Below, one piece after another: positions 13,458 through 26,161 of a stretch of DNA of 64,000 nucleotides (within the stretch, counting starts at the first letter, position 1; each line of letters opens with the position of its first letter). The position numbers and the translations under genes are program-made. The notes under the pieces were generated by a model. It had not been told where the DNA came from. It did not search any database and saw only the letters and a program-made list of their open reading frames with translations. The DNA is from Octopus bimaculoides. Lineage: Eukaryota. The stretch spans positions 10,098,842-10,162,841 of the forward strand of contig NC_068989.1 of assembly GCF_001194135.2 (NCBI RefSeq). Reading direction: 5' to 3'.

Positions 13458-14390
13458 TGCAAGAAATAGATAATGGTGATGAGGTGTCTAGGTTGCACCC
13501 CACTCCCTCCACAGAGCATTAGGTGAGTTGAAGAATTGGTTCGCAAGATTGTATGGGAAAGAGAATGAAGGGATGGGGGAGACAGATTGCCAAAATGGGT
13601 AGGGTTGAAAGTGAATGAGTAAGGGGCCACAAGTTGGGGCAGAGAGAGAGAGAGAGAGACATAGGATATGTAGAAACAAGTGGGACGTGTCAAGCAACAA
13701 GAGTCATAAAGATGATACAGGTGTCAGAGTGGGGAGGACAAGAGAGACGGGGTGGAATAGTTCGGTAGTGTACAGGAACAGACAGTGGAGGGAGGGGAAT
13801 AAAAACAAAACCTTAGTATTTCATATACTAGCAGAAATTAGTCATAACATTCGCACAATGAATGCTATGAAGCTATTTTCGAGTTTGATTGACATTAATT
13901 AAATTCAGAAAATTTTATCATTTTCTACAAAGAGATTGTTTGTTGTTTTCTTGCTTTTTTTTTTTCTAAAGATTTAAAATAAACATGAGATTAAATAAAC
14001 GATAAAAGAAAAAAATATATATAAAAACATGACAAGTAAGGTTTTGAAACATAACTTGGGAAGTATTCCTTCACTTCAGCTCATCATCATCGCTTCTGGA
14101 CCACATGGTTATTGTCAACATCATTTCATTCAGATTTACTGTTACAGCATATTATTATGCATGTAAACACAAAACCATACAACAACAACAACAACCATAT
14201 CACTCATTTAAAAAAAAAAAAAAATTAAATAAGTTAGAGCAACACTACAAGATCTGTTGAATATTGAACACTAATACCTAAACAATGTTTTGCAGCAGTA
14301 GCTTAAGATTTGCCATTAAGGAAAACAGGGATTTGCAAAATGTTATCAGTTGCCAGAGACAGCATTGCAAAAATGCACAGAAAAGAGATA

Positions 14391-14648
14391 NNNNNNNNNN
14401 NNNNNNNNNNNNNNNNNNNNNNNNNNNNNNNNNNNNNNNNNNNNNNNNNNNNNNNNNNNNNNNNNNNNNNNNNNNNNNNNNNNNNNNNNNNNNNNNNNNN
14501 NNNNNNNNNNNNNNNNNNNNNNNNNNNNNNNNNNNNNNNNNNNNNNNNNNNNNNNNNNNNNNNNNNNNNNNNNNNNNNNNNNNNNNNNNNNNNNNNNNNN
14601 NNNNNNNNNNNNNNNNNNNNNNNNNNNNNNNNNNNNNNNNNNNNNNNN
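14391..14648. other. Assembly gap (N run)
   Basis: Direct. The other gaps are 15579-15706, 18584-19309, 28999-29235, 33905-33919, 37099-38032, 45216-45225, 49664-49741, 51766-51892; most abut (TA)n or (TG)n. Confidence 1.
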
Positions 14649-14679
<31 letters not shown>

Positions 14680-15019
14680 CACACATATATAAATATACAT
14701 ATACAAATATTAATATAAATATATAATTACACATGCATATATACTTATGGACACACATATGTATATGCATGTGTGTATATATATACGTTTGTATATAATA
14801 ATATTAGGGATGAAAATCCAAATTTACAGGTAAAAACTCAATGAAATTCAATTTATCAGAAATTAAAATTAAATTAAGATTCACAGTATATAAATATATA
14901 AATATATAATTTAGAGAAAAGAACCAAGGTTCATGAACTCATCCATGAAAATCCAGTCACATATAGAAAAGATTAATAAGTAAATACACTAAACATAACT
15001 ATATATATATATATATACG

Positions 15020-15260
15020 AGGGTACATGGGCTAGTGACAAGGGTGTTGCACTCGCGATCGTTAGATTGTGGTTTCAATTCCTAGACCAGGTGGTGTATT
15101 GTGCTCTTGAGCAAATCACTTAGACACCTAACGCATGGTACACGGTGCACCTGTTCAGACAATGTTGATCCCGATGGAGAGAGAGAGTGAGCTAATGTGC
15201 AGTATGAACATTTGATCATTATAAGCAAATCAGATGGGGATTTAGCTCACAGGTGATCTA
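15020..15260 (+). mobile_element. SINE family C, degraded
   Basis: tggctagtgacaagggtgttgcactcgcgatcgttagattgtggtttcaattcc...gtgctcttgagcaaatcactt. Confidence 0.7.
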
Positions 15261-15379
15261 AACGATCAGGTTCGCTGGGTAAAAGGTAACTAGGTACGCT
15301 GTGTAACAGATTACCAGGGCTCCAAGGTCATAGCTGAGACAGGAATTATGGAACTATTGTAGATTTCCAATATAGCAGA

Positions 15380-15575
15380 TATATAGTTGTTAAAGAAGAC
15401 AACAAACATTAAGGTAAGGCAAACATCTCAAGTCATATATGTTATTGTTATTGGAAAAATTCAAAGTCTTAAGCTGTTTCTCGGATATCCCAGAATTTTT
15501 CTAATAATAATAACGTAAATAACTTGGGATGTTTGTCTTGCCTTAACATTTGTTGTCCTCTTTAACAATTATATA
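15380..15575. mobile_element. Inverted-repeat element in (TA)n (Penelope-like terminal fragment or MITE)
   Basis: 83-bp arms 15380-15462 and 15493-15575 with 12 mismatches around a 30-nt spacer. Confidence 0.75.
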
Positions 15576-15706
15576 TATNNNNNNNNNNNNNNNNNNNNNN
15601 NNNNNNNNNNNNNNNNNNNNNNNNNNNNNNNNNNNNNNNNNNNNNNNNNNNNNNNNNNNNNNNNNNNNNNNNNNNNNNNNNNNNNNNNNNNNNNNNNNNN
15701 NNNNNN

Positions 15707-15752
<46 letters not shown>

Positions 15753-16748
15753 TATATAGAAAGTACTTATGGAACAGACGACAGCTCCATAGGGCCTCTT
15801 GCTATTCAGGGTAAAATGTCTGTGCATGCATGAGTATGTATGCACATACATGTGTGTAAGTGTGTCTGCTTATTTTGACACCAATGCTAATTGTAGATGA
15901 ACATCACCTGTATAAGCCCCATCTATATGTAATTATGCACATCTACATATGATTTACATATGTAGGTATATGTATATGTACATACATCAGTATGCATACA
16001 TTTATATGCATTTATGCACACATATATATATATGCATATATGTCCATGTATGTATATGTGCGCATGTGTATATGCTAAGATACACTTGTATGTTTTTTGT
16101 AAGTGCATATCATCATCATGGAAAGCGGATGTCAAAGGATGGTGGTGGTGGTGGTGGTGGTGGTGGTGGTGGTGGTGATATGCACACATCAAGCTTTTAC
16201 ACGTGCACATATATGCTTGAAAAAATAAAGGCTAAAATTATTGAAGATAAATAATAAAAGCATACGTAAAAATGGAAAAAGCAAATAGAAAACAAAAACA
16301 GCATCAATATCAAATGTGTGTATATAGTCTAAGTTTGTATATTCTTCTATACTAATCTTCTCATTTATGTTCAAGTTCAGGTGTGTATTCTCATGTACAA
16401 ATCTCCCTGTGTATGTATAATCAAACAGTGATCATCTATATGACAAGAGCTTCAATGGACATGTTTTTGTTTGTTTTTCCTATATAGCAAATAGTTCAGG
16501 TGTGTATATTTCTTTCTGTAAGTCTCATTATTCTCCCCTGTGTAAATGTGAAATAGAGAGGTGCACAGGTGTGCATATGTTCCTGATGCACCCAGGCAAT
16601 GTCTATCAAGTTTGGAAATTTGACAAAGACGGCTTGTAAAAACTGTATATGAACCAGCATAATAAAAGGAAGCATGAGGCTGCAAATTAGCCATTGTTTG
16701 TAATACCTGTGTACTTAGGTAATAATTAAAGTGAGAGGATTCTGGCAG

Positions 16749-17073
16749 TACCATATATGCTCACAGACAGGTCACACTTGTTTTACCATAAATTTCCATA
16801 AAAGTCTGGGGGTGTGACCCATCCACTCAACATCAAAGAAATCTGAAGTAGATGGTGGTGTATCAGTAGTCGAGTTGATTATAAAGTCACTTCTGTAAAA
16901 ATGTTTTAATATTTGTAAGCGTGGTAAGTAGCTTGCTTACGAACCACATGGTTCTGGGTTCAGTCCCACTGCAGGGCACCTTGGGCAAGTGTTTCTACTA
17001 TAGCCTCAAGCCAACTAAAGCCTTGTGAGTGGATTTGGTAGACGGAAACTGAAAGAAGCCCGTCGTGTGTGTG

Positions 17074-17106
<33 letters not shown>

Positions 17107-17496
17107 TTGTGTGTCTGTGTTTGTCCCCCCCCCCCAACATCGCTTGACAACCGATGCTGGTGTGTTTACGTCCCCCGTAACTTAGCAGTTTGGCAAAAGA
17201 GACCGATAGAATAAGTACTAGGCTTACAAAGAATAAGTCCTGGGGTCGATTTGCACTCGACTAAAGGCAGTGCTCCAGCATGGCCGCAGTCAAAATGACT
17301 GAAACAAGTAAAAGAGTAAAAAGAGTAAAGTTTTGAAATAAAGGTGAATATTTGATAATATATAGCAAATATTAGTTATATTTACATCATAAAGTGCGAC
17401 CTATCTGTGAGTCAACCACAAATACCTACTTTGACAACCCAAAACTAAGGGTGTGACCTATCCATTGGTGCGACCTATTCACAAGTATATACGGTA
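16749..17496. mobile_element. Tc2/pogo-like MITE interrupted by a SINE
   Basis: Left taccatatatgctcacagacaggtcacac vs right-end reverse complement taccgtatatacttgtgaataggtcgcac; differences are transitions; TACCGTA-type termini. Confidence 0.6.
16917..17330 (+). mobile_element. SINE family A, nearly full length
   Basis: High similarity to 3801-4195; lacks the first ~15 nt. Confidence 0.92.
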
Positions 17497-19424
17497 CATT
17501 CAAAATCTAAGTGGGTATCATTCATGTGACATGTCAACATTATAACAAAATGTAGATTATACAGCCAGCAAAATGAAAGTCTTTAGAATGTACCTCATCT
17601 GCTTAGGATCATTGTATATTAGTATATGATATTTCTCTGCTTGGACATAGAAGACAGTTGAAACCATTGCTATTTGGGGGCATTATTTAGATGACTGACT
17701 GATGAATTTTGTAGCTGTAGACACCTCTATCCTTCAGATGCCAGACATATTTAGAGAGTGAGGTTGCAGTTCTTTAGTCTTCATAAGTGTGCTGAATATA
17801 CCTAATCTCAAAACATGTATTTGTATAGGTTAACTTTTTCTTTACAAAAACACAAAATAAATGCAAAATTGTCTCAACAATTGTATTTTAGATGCTGGAG
17901 AATTTAAGGGGCTTATTATATTTCATGAGACATTGTTTGTATATTACATTCAGAAAAAATATCAGAAGATATCTGTGTTTATATTTAAACTAATTGGTAA
18001 CTATACAGTATAAACCCCCACCCCTTTTTTTTTTTTTTTTTTCCTGCAGGTTTGCAGTAATGCTCTGTTTAGAGTATGTCATGAATTTTTTTTTTCTGCA
18101 AATCTACTTTTATGTAGGGTACCATTATAATATAATATTCTGCAGCGTGGTTAACAATACTTTTTTGATAATTGGTAAGCTCTTTAGAATAATGTGTATA
18201 TCTGATTATATGAGCAAGCCGATACATGTACATGGGTACATTTATGTGCATGCATGTGTATAAATGTGTATATATATATAAGCACACATGCAAAATAATG
18301 TAAGTATATGTATAAGAGTGTGTATTTGAATTTGAGTTCATGTGATTCTATGCCTGTACACATGTGTGTGTGCATGTGCACATGTAAACATATACACATG
18401 TAAGGCTGCATTATTGCAATTGTGTGCGCTTATGTAGGAATATGTATATTAACAGATAAGCATGTTTATGTATCATTTTCCTCCACCTTATCTATAAAGT
18501 GAAAATTTTCAAATTTTTTGTTTGTGTGGCCATCACAGTTATTTAAATTAGTCCTAGAAACTTAGATTTTTTTTTGCTATATANNNNNNNNNNNNNNNNN
18601 NNNNNNNNNNNNNNNNNNNNNNNNNNNNNNNNNNNNNNNNNNNNNNNNNNNNNNNNNNNNNNNNNNNNNNNNNNNNNNNNNNNNNNNNNNNNNNNNNNNN
18701 NNNNNNNNNNNNNNNNNNNNNNNNNNNNNNNNNNNNNNNNNNNNNNNNNNNNNNNNNNNNNNNNNNNNNNNNNNNNNNNNNNNNNNNNNNNNNNNNNNNN
18801 NNNNNNNNNNNNNNNNNNNNNNNNNNNNNNNNNNNNNNNNNNNNNNNNNNNNNNNNNNNNNNNNNNNNNNNNNNNNNNNNNNNNNNNNNNNNNNNNNNNN
18901 NNNNNNNNNNNNNNNNNNNNNNNNNNNNNNNNNNNNNNNNNNNNNNNNNNNNNNNNNNNNNNNNNNNNNNNNNNNNNNNNNNNNNNNNNNNNNNNNNNNN
19001 NNNNNNNNNNNNNNNNNNNNNNNNNNNNNNNNNNNNNNNNNNNNNNNNNNNNNNNNNNNNNNNNNNNNNNNNNNNNNNNNNNNNNNNNNNNNNNNNNNNN
19101 NNNNNNNNNNNNNNNNNNNNNNNNNNNNNNNNNNNNNNNNNNNNNNNNNNNNNNNNNNNNNNNNNNNNNNNNNNNNNNNNNNNNNNNNNNNNNNNNNNNN
19201 NNNNNNNNNNNNNNNNNNNNNNNNNNNNNNNNNNNNNNNNNNNNNNNNNNNNNNNNNNNNNNNNNNNNNNNNNNNNNNNNNNNNNNNNNNNNNNNNNNNN
19301 NNNNNNNNNAAAACAAGTATGGGTTTGCAGCAGGAAAGGTATCAAGCTGTAGGAAACTACTTCAACAAGCCTTATTTAATCAATGCCAGTGTGGGGGGGA
19401 AGTAGGTGTGAAAACAATAATGAT

Positions 19425-19462
<38 letters not shown>

Positions 19463-20348
19463 GTGTGTGTGTGTGCGTGTGTGTGTGTGTGTGTGCGTGT
19501 GTGTGCATGTGTGTGCGTGTGTGTGTGCACATGCATGCGCACATTAAACCAATGAAGAAGGATGGGTCTGAACATATACACAGATGCATGTAAGATGTGC
19601 ATACACATACACACACACACGCAGAGCCCCCTCAAACACATACATACATACATACATACATACAGAGGAGAAGCCTCTGAAGTTGCAACACGTATTGATT
19701 CTTTTTCTCAAACATCATCAACAACAACAATATCCCCCACTGTTGTGCATGTAACATGTTGAGCTTATTAGAGCCTTCCTTGTAACCATGTATTCTTTTC
19801 TATAGCAATGGCAAGCTTTGCTTATCAAGTGAAGAAGCCATCAGCTCAGAACTATCATCACATCGCTAGATCTTTGAGAAAATAACAACTACAAAAGATA
19901 AATACAAGAGCTATGTTGTAACAACATTGTAAACCTAAGCCGCTTATTCAAATGATGCACTGTCAAAGCTATTTGAGGTAAATATTCTTGCTAACTGGCA
20001 AACTGTCACTATTTCTCTCCACCACCACAAAGACAGAGAGAAGAAGAATGACTTCTGGAGATAGATCATTGATTCCAAGCCAATCAGCTCTTTACCCTGC
20101 AACCCTCCTACACATCTATTCAGTTTCTAATGAATCAAACAGGTTTTTACTTAACCAATACGATTTCTAACAAATAAGAAGCTTCTTGCGAATGCTTTTC
20201 CTCCACCAAAACAATCTTCCCTTTTTTAGTTTTGTTTCCTTTGTATTTTATTTTCTATTATTTCCATCCCTTTATCTCTTAGCTAACAAGAAGATCACAG
20301 TGCAAGCAATTATCTCTACTAAAACCAAAGAAATCCTCCTCTCTCTCT

Positions 20349-20381
<33 letters not shown>

Positions 20382-20441
20382 CTAGGAGCGAGAGAGGAGG
20401 AGGGATTACTAAATAACTCAATCGTCCACCTACAAGCTTAC

Positions 20442-20546
20442 GGTTTCAAAGTTGCAGCATGGAAAGTACAGAACTTCCCAAGATTACGCAGAGATAAATG
20501 CCCACATGAGGTAGGCTACATCTGTAGGTGGGGAACCAAATGATAC
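20442..20546 (-). other. Candidate spliced exon (105 nt; alternative acceptor at 20679)
   Basis: Minus strand: gttttgttttAG|gtatcatt...tgaaacc|GTAAGC; all frames contain a stop (latest one 4 nt before the donor). Confidence 0.3.
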
Positions 20547-20933
20547 CTAAAACAAAACAACAAAACAAAACAAAACAAAAACAAAAAAAGAAAAAAATCT
20601 TAAATTTGTCTTTCAAGAAATTTCCTCCATCAGAAACAACAAAAGCAACACCACACATGTTAACAGCTCCCCACATGAGCTGAAAACAAATAAAAAAATG
20701 AATACATTTACCAGCTTTTCATGTGCATTACAGCACACTTTTGCAACATTACATATAAGACCTCTCCCTAGTTTAATTTATTAGTAGAATAAGATAATGA
20801 CTGAAAGGAACTTTAGTAGTCAGTTAGTATTCCTAAAATTGTTCAAATGTTTATAATTATGTCAACATTTTACTATTTATGTTGCATACCTCAAAAGCAT
20901 TAGCATTAGGAGAATTTAAACTTATTTAAACTT

Positions 20934-21289
20934 AGAGTTCTATATTTGAGAGATGAGGAATTAGGTACAGTATTTACATTATTCACATTTGACAGATATT
21001 TATCCTCGTCTGTTGTTAACACAACGTTTTGGCTGATGTACTCTCCAGCCTTCATCGGGTGCCCTGGGGGAATTTGAACCTGGGTTCTCATTCCTAATAA
21101 TAATAATAATAATAATAATAAAAATAATAATAATAATAATAACAACATCGTAAAAATACCTTAGGAATGAGAACCCAGGTTCGAAATTCCCCCAGGACAC
21201 CTGATGAAGGCTGCAAAGTATATCAGCTGAAACATTGCGTCAACAACAAACAAGATGAGGACAAATATCCGACTAATGTAAATAATGTT
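20934..21289. mobile_element. Penelope-like non-autonomous insertion: inverted terminal repeats around (TAA)n, hammerhead motif in each arm
   Basis: Arms ~20977-21097 and 21161-21288 are reverse complements; ~20-bp TSD atttaaacttattt(t)aaactt at 20914-20933 and 21290-21310. Confidence 0.8.
21196..21241 (+). ncRNA. Minimal type I hammerhead ribozyme motif (slightly degenerate)
   Basis: GACAC|CTGATGA|A|GGCTG-caaagtatat-CAGCT|GAAAC|ATT^GCGTC: stem I 4/5 bp, stem II 5 bp, catalytic boxes intact. Sister copy on minus strand 21018-21062. Confidence 0.65.
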
Positions 21290-21559
21290 ATTTAAACTTA
21301 TTTTAAACTTTTTTCATGCACCCAGTCATGAACTGATTTTCATTTTTTAGCATTAATTCACAAAAACTGCTCTGTGTACAGAGAAAGCCTCAAATACCAA
21401 GGCATGTCTTCCAGAAAGAACCCTGACATAATAACTGTGCCGTATTGTTGTCATGTGGCATTTGTACTTTAATGGCTTGGACTATTTTGCTAAAATGGTT
21501 TGGCTTAGATTCCAATGAGTCAGATTCAGTAGGAAGATTTGTAGCAATGGCATTAACTC

Positions 21560-22048
21560 ATATTTGAGTAGTAGAACTGTAGTCAATGATTGAGCCTCTT
21601 CCTTTTGATGCATATAAAGGGTGCCAGTGCCTAAGATGGCTGTTCAGGCCAGTGGTGATATACAAGAGCCAGGAGGGGGCATTTATTGCAGGGCAGAGTT
21701 GGTGAGAGATGAGGAAGTATGCGTCACACATTGCATCTTCAATGTTTGATCTCTGCTTCTTAACTCTGTTATTTTTCCATCAGGTCTGTTCCCTTGACGA
21801 TGACATGTTGCCACCTTGGGCAGTCCTTGATGACTGTCTCCCAGATATTTGGGTCAATTGAGCAGCAGAGGAGAGTGTCCTTGAGGTGGTCTTGGAAACA
21901 AAATTTGGGGGCTCAATATGGTCTGGTACCCCAGGCCAACTCTGTAAAAAAAGAGTTGACGGGGAAGGCAAACGTGAGGCATGCGTATGATGTGTCCCGA
22001 CCAGCGGAGACAGTGTTGTGTGAGAAAGAACACTGACAAAACTCTGTT
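21560..22048 (-). mobile_element. RTE-clade LINE 3' fragment
   Basis: TQHCLRWSGHIIRMPHVCLPRQLF...FQDHLKDTL...WET..DCPRWQ resembles the RTE ORF2 C-terminus (LRW.GHV.RM...RLPKQ); frameshifted. Confidence 0.85.
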
Positions 22049-24531
22049 GTATTGTTGCCATACAGCACTTGTACTTTAATGGCTTGATTTCTTCGCTAAA
22101 ACGGTTCAGCTTAGATTCATTCCTATGAGTCAGATTCAGTAGGAAGATGCAATCATAACAATTTTGCTGGTAAAGTAAGTTTTAAACTCCTAGCATCAAA
22201 ACAAATAACAAGTTCTGCCAGTCAATTATATGTCCATAATTTATCAGTTAATCCTTGCTTGTAAAAAAGATTAATCTTCAGAAATACTATTAGAAATTAA
22301 TGTACAGGAGGAAGGACTTGATCGATAAAAGTTGTCAGTGATAATCAGCTTCTGTATGAAATTATATGTTTTTTTAATAACTCTTTAGGCCAGCAGATTT
22401 CTGATTGAGAGTGATATATTATGGTGTCCCAACTGGGTAATATACACACAGAGAGGTAACTGAAGCTTGCATATGAAGTCATAAATTAACCAAAAATAAA
22501 CAGATCTAGTAAGCAAACCTCTTCCAAGACAAACTGCAGAAGCTGACGCTTATGATGACTGTATCAGTTCAGATTTGTGAATCTGTAAATATGCTAAATA
22601 GTCATCTTGTGTTTCAACATCTATTATTTTTCTGATGAAGCACATAAATGATAGTTATTACTGTACAATAAAACAAAGTATTGTTAATTTGGCCTCTTGC
22701 TTCAACTAACTCATCTACAGAACGTCATCTTTTCTTTTTCTTTTTCAAATGTGCTGTAAAGCAACTTTGATATGCAATTGTGTCTGCAAATCTGATTTGA
22801 AAAAAATTGCTATATTCACAATAAATCATTGGCCGTTCTTCTATTGATTTGCAGAGGAAAAAAAAAAAAAGAAGAGAAAGAGACGAAATGAAAAGAAACT
22901 AACATGACATATACTGTGTTACAGACACTGGCATCTTTTTGTAGTAGTAAAGTTAAGAAAACTGTCAGGATAGAATTACATAGTTTTATTTTTGCTTGTT
23001 TTTAGTTCTTTTTTTTTTTTGCTTTTTTTTTTCCTGTGGATTTTATGACCACCAGTTAAGAGTAAGAGCCAATCAGAAAGAGGAAAGAGAGAGAGAAAGA
23101 GAGAGCAAACAATGACGTGAATTAAAAAATCATATGTTACTTATAAAGAGATATAGCCGCTAAGTGACAGTCTTAGTGCTGCTGTAGTAGCAATAACGCA
23201 CTGCTAGTGCATACAAAATGGTCCCAGTAACAGTGACACTTGCATTAGCTTAACAAATGTCCCAGGCATCAGGTTGGTCATACAAAGCTGACATTCCAAT
23301 GCAATTCTCAAGACAATGGCAAAGATAAAACATGCGGAAAACTGAAGTGTTGGAAGAATGAAAATAGATTGTTCATAGAGAAATTGATAGGAAACATTTT
23401 GCCTGGGGAAAGAGAAGATTGGTCAGGGAAAGATAAAAAGAATGCAATTTGTTTAATACAACAGACTAAAAGTTCAAGATGGAAAATGTCTGGAAGCACA
23501 GAATAGTGGCGTGCTGAGAAAACTTCATCCCAAAACTCATGCAACTTAAATAAAATTTAGCTGTATGTGGAAGGAAGGAGTAGGTATATCAGATTTTGTG
23601 TATGTGTGTATATATATGTGTGTATGTGTGTGTGTGTGAGAGAGAGGGGGGGAGAGAAGCATCAGATAAAGCAACATTTTATGATTGACTCCATATCTGT
23701 TTGTTCTTTGTTACATGTAGGAGAGCTCTAGGAAAGATTTTAATGAGTTATGACAATAAGTAGTCTTAGATATTTGTTGTTTTGAGTCATTAAGAACTTT
23801 CTAAAAGATTAATTGATTTTGGGGAGGAAGAGCAGGAGGGGAAGTGGGGATCATATCAGAAAAATATTCTTTTGATATTCACTAAAATTGCATATTCTCT
23901 ACATGCTAAAAGCCAGACTATCTCAATAGCTGAGATCTAGTTTTCAAGAACAATTTGCAGTGCCACTTGTACTAAGAGAAAGAGAATTGTAAAACTATTC
24001 AGAAATAACTAAACATTATTCTAATGTTGTAAAGAATTCTATTGTAATCTATTCTCCACTATACTGTTACTCTAAGCAGAAATAAAACTTTGTGTCTTTA
24101 GAATAATTTTGTTTAGAAACTAAATTCTTGAATGCAGACATATTATAATTATAAACATTTAAAAGTAAAACAATTAGTATTTATGATTTGAAGAAGTAGA
24201 ACAAATCTACCTCCTTCATTTCATTCATTAATTCAGTCATATATTTATTTATTTATTTATTACATAAACAGTTGTAGTAGAAGCAGAGGTTACCAAGGTC
24301 AGACAGAACAGAAGAAAATCTCAGTTTTATGAGGTGAAAAAGAAAGAAAAAAACAAGAGAGAAGCAGTGGGTGATAAAACAAGTACCGGTGTTAAATAAG
24401 CAGCTAGCTATGAATAATATTTAGGAACCAAGAAAATCCCAAAATCAGGATAGTATGAAGGATCAGCAGCCTAAAGTTTGAAAAAGGAAGGTATGCAAGT
24501 TTGGAAAGACGCAAATCGACAAGACTCTTAC

Positions 24532-24591
24532 CGATTCGGATGGTTGCCAGAGAAATCGGTTGATCTCGTATCACTAGGACCTGCTTGAGGT
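24532..24591 (-). other. Candidate 60-nt symmetric exon
   Basis: cattttatatttccAG|acctcaag...ccgaatcg|GTAAGA; two open frames (DLKQVLVIRDQPISLATIRI or PQAGPSDTRSTDFSGNHPN); CpG-retaining, not repeat-like. Confidence 0.4.
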
Positions 24592-25305
24592 CTGGAAATA
24601 ATAAAATGTGCACATGTAACATATCTTATTCCTGGGACTTGCTTGAAGCAAAATAAACCAAGGGGGCTGGGAGAATAAATAAAAACTCAGAGAAAATTCT
24701 GAAAAATTAAATTTCAAAATCAAAACTGAAAATCAAAAAGGTGTAAATTAAAACTGAAAATAAAATAAAATAATATGAACATAAATAATTAAAAGAATTG
24801 AAAATACAGAATTTAGTACAAACTAAACAGAAAGCAGGGTGTCTTCAACTAATTTAGTGCACTCTGTAAATAACCAATTTATTAATGCGAAAGTCGAGGG
24901 GAACTATGGTTTAGCTACATGTATGTATTTTAAATATATCATTATCATCATCATCATCACCATCATCCATTTTTCCATGCAAGAACTTTCTTTGTCTCAA
25001 CTGTCTTTTGGTGTACTTTTATAGTCAGTACATTCCAACCTTGACCTCTCTCACATTTTCACCAGCAATCATCCATTTTCCTTACATTTTGAGCTCCACG
25101 CTTGTTTTATTTAAGAAACAATTACGTATTTCATACTCACCTCTTTCCAAGTTCTTTCTAAGGAAAGAGTAAACTTGTCATTAAGTTCACATCTTTCTCG
25201 CAAAAAAAAGGATTAGCTTAAAACAGATTGGAAGTCAGATCACTAATGCTTCTCAATAGAGTATTAGAGAAAGGTGAAAAGCATGAATAAAGTGATGACA
25301 CTTAC

Positions 25306-25358
25306 CTGCCAAACCAGGCTTAACAGATGCCTTAGTCTTATCTCTATTATTTCTACAA
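25306..25358 (-). other. Candidate 53-nt exon
   Basis: catttattgtttAG|ttgtagaaat...tttggcag|GTAAGT; open frame CRNNRDKTKASVKPGLA. Confidence 0.35.
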
Positions 25359-25604
25359 CTAAACAATAAATGAGGTGAGCAGGTCATTGAATGTTGTGAC
25401 AATGATGTCAACCACAGAAGATGGTTGCTGCTCCCCCTCAAAAAGAGGAAAGAAGCTCAACAGATCACAGCATAATAACTGCAGTTTTCTGAATTCTATT
25501 TTGAAAGGTTCTAGATGTGAACTTGTGCAGGGAAACAGATTTTGTAGTATCATGTGAAGGCCATTATGCCAATATCAAACACATGCACTGACTTGTTTTC
25601 ACTG

Positions 25605-25645
<41 letters not shown>

Positions 25646-25649
<4 letters not shown>

Positions 25650-26161
25650 TAGTTTTATTTTTATAGCGTGCCTTGGGTATGTGCTGTGGTTTGCTGTGGT
25701 GCTCTTATGGTTACTGTATTGAAAGTGTTTTGCGTAGGATGTGTGCAGTGCCCAGTAGTGCAATTTTCTGTATGTTATATATATTTGTAAGTCATGGTGT
25801 TTTTGTTATGTATTTGTCTGAATATTTTTTTATTATACCTAAGGCACCTACTATGATAGGAATTGTTTCTGTTTTTAGATTCCACATTCGAGTTACCTCT
25901 ATTTCAAGGTCTTTGTATTTTGAAAGTTTCTCCATTTCTTTTATGGAAATGTTGCTGTCTGCTGGTATTGATACATCAATTAGAAAGCATTTTTTTCCTT
26001 CATGATCTTTGACAACTATATCTGGCCTATTGGCCTTAATTCCTCTATCTGTGTGTATTGGCATATCCCAGAGTAAGGTTGCTTTCTCGTTTTTTGTGAC
26101 CTTTTCTGGCGTGTATTTATACCATCTTTTTTCTGTTGTTATTCCATAGTGTTGGCATAGC
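25646..26161 (-). mobile_element. 5'-truncated R4/Dong-like non-LTR retrotransposon (restriction-like endonuclease domain) in (TAA)n
   Basis: LLWDMPIHTDRGIKANRPDIVVKD...CFLIDVSIPAD.NI..KEMEKLSKYKDLEIEV.RMW...IPIIVGALG = PD..D..K-type RLE C-terminus; short 3' UTR; (TAA)n on both sides. Confidence 0.9.

Noticed and set aside
14800-14995. Possible hammerhead remnant GATGA-GTTC-at-GAAC on minus strand
   Set aside because: No C3U4 and no GAAA box; too degenerate.
24660-24900. A-rich Penelope-terminal-like segment with TTGAAGA-CACC on minus strand
   Set aside because: No closing stem II or GAAAC; family cannot be assigned by eye.
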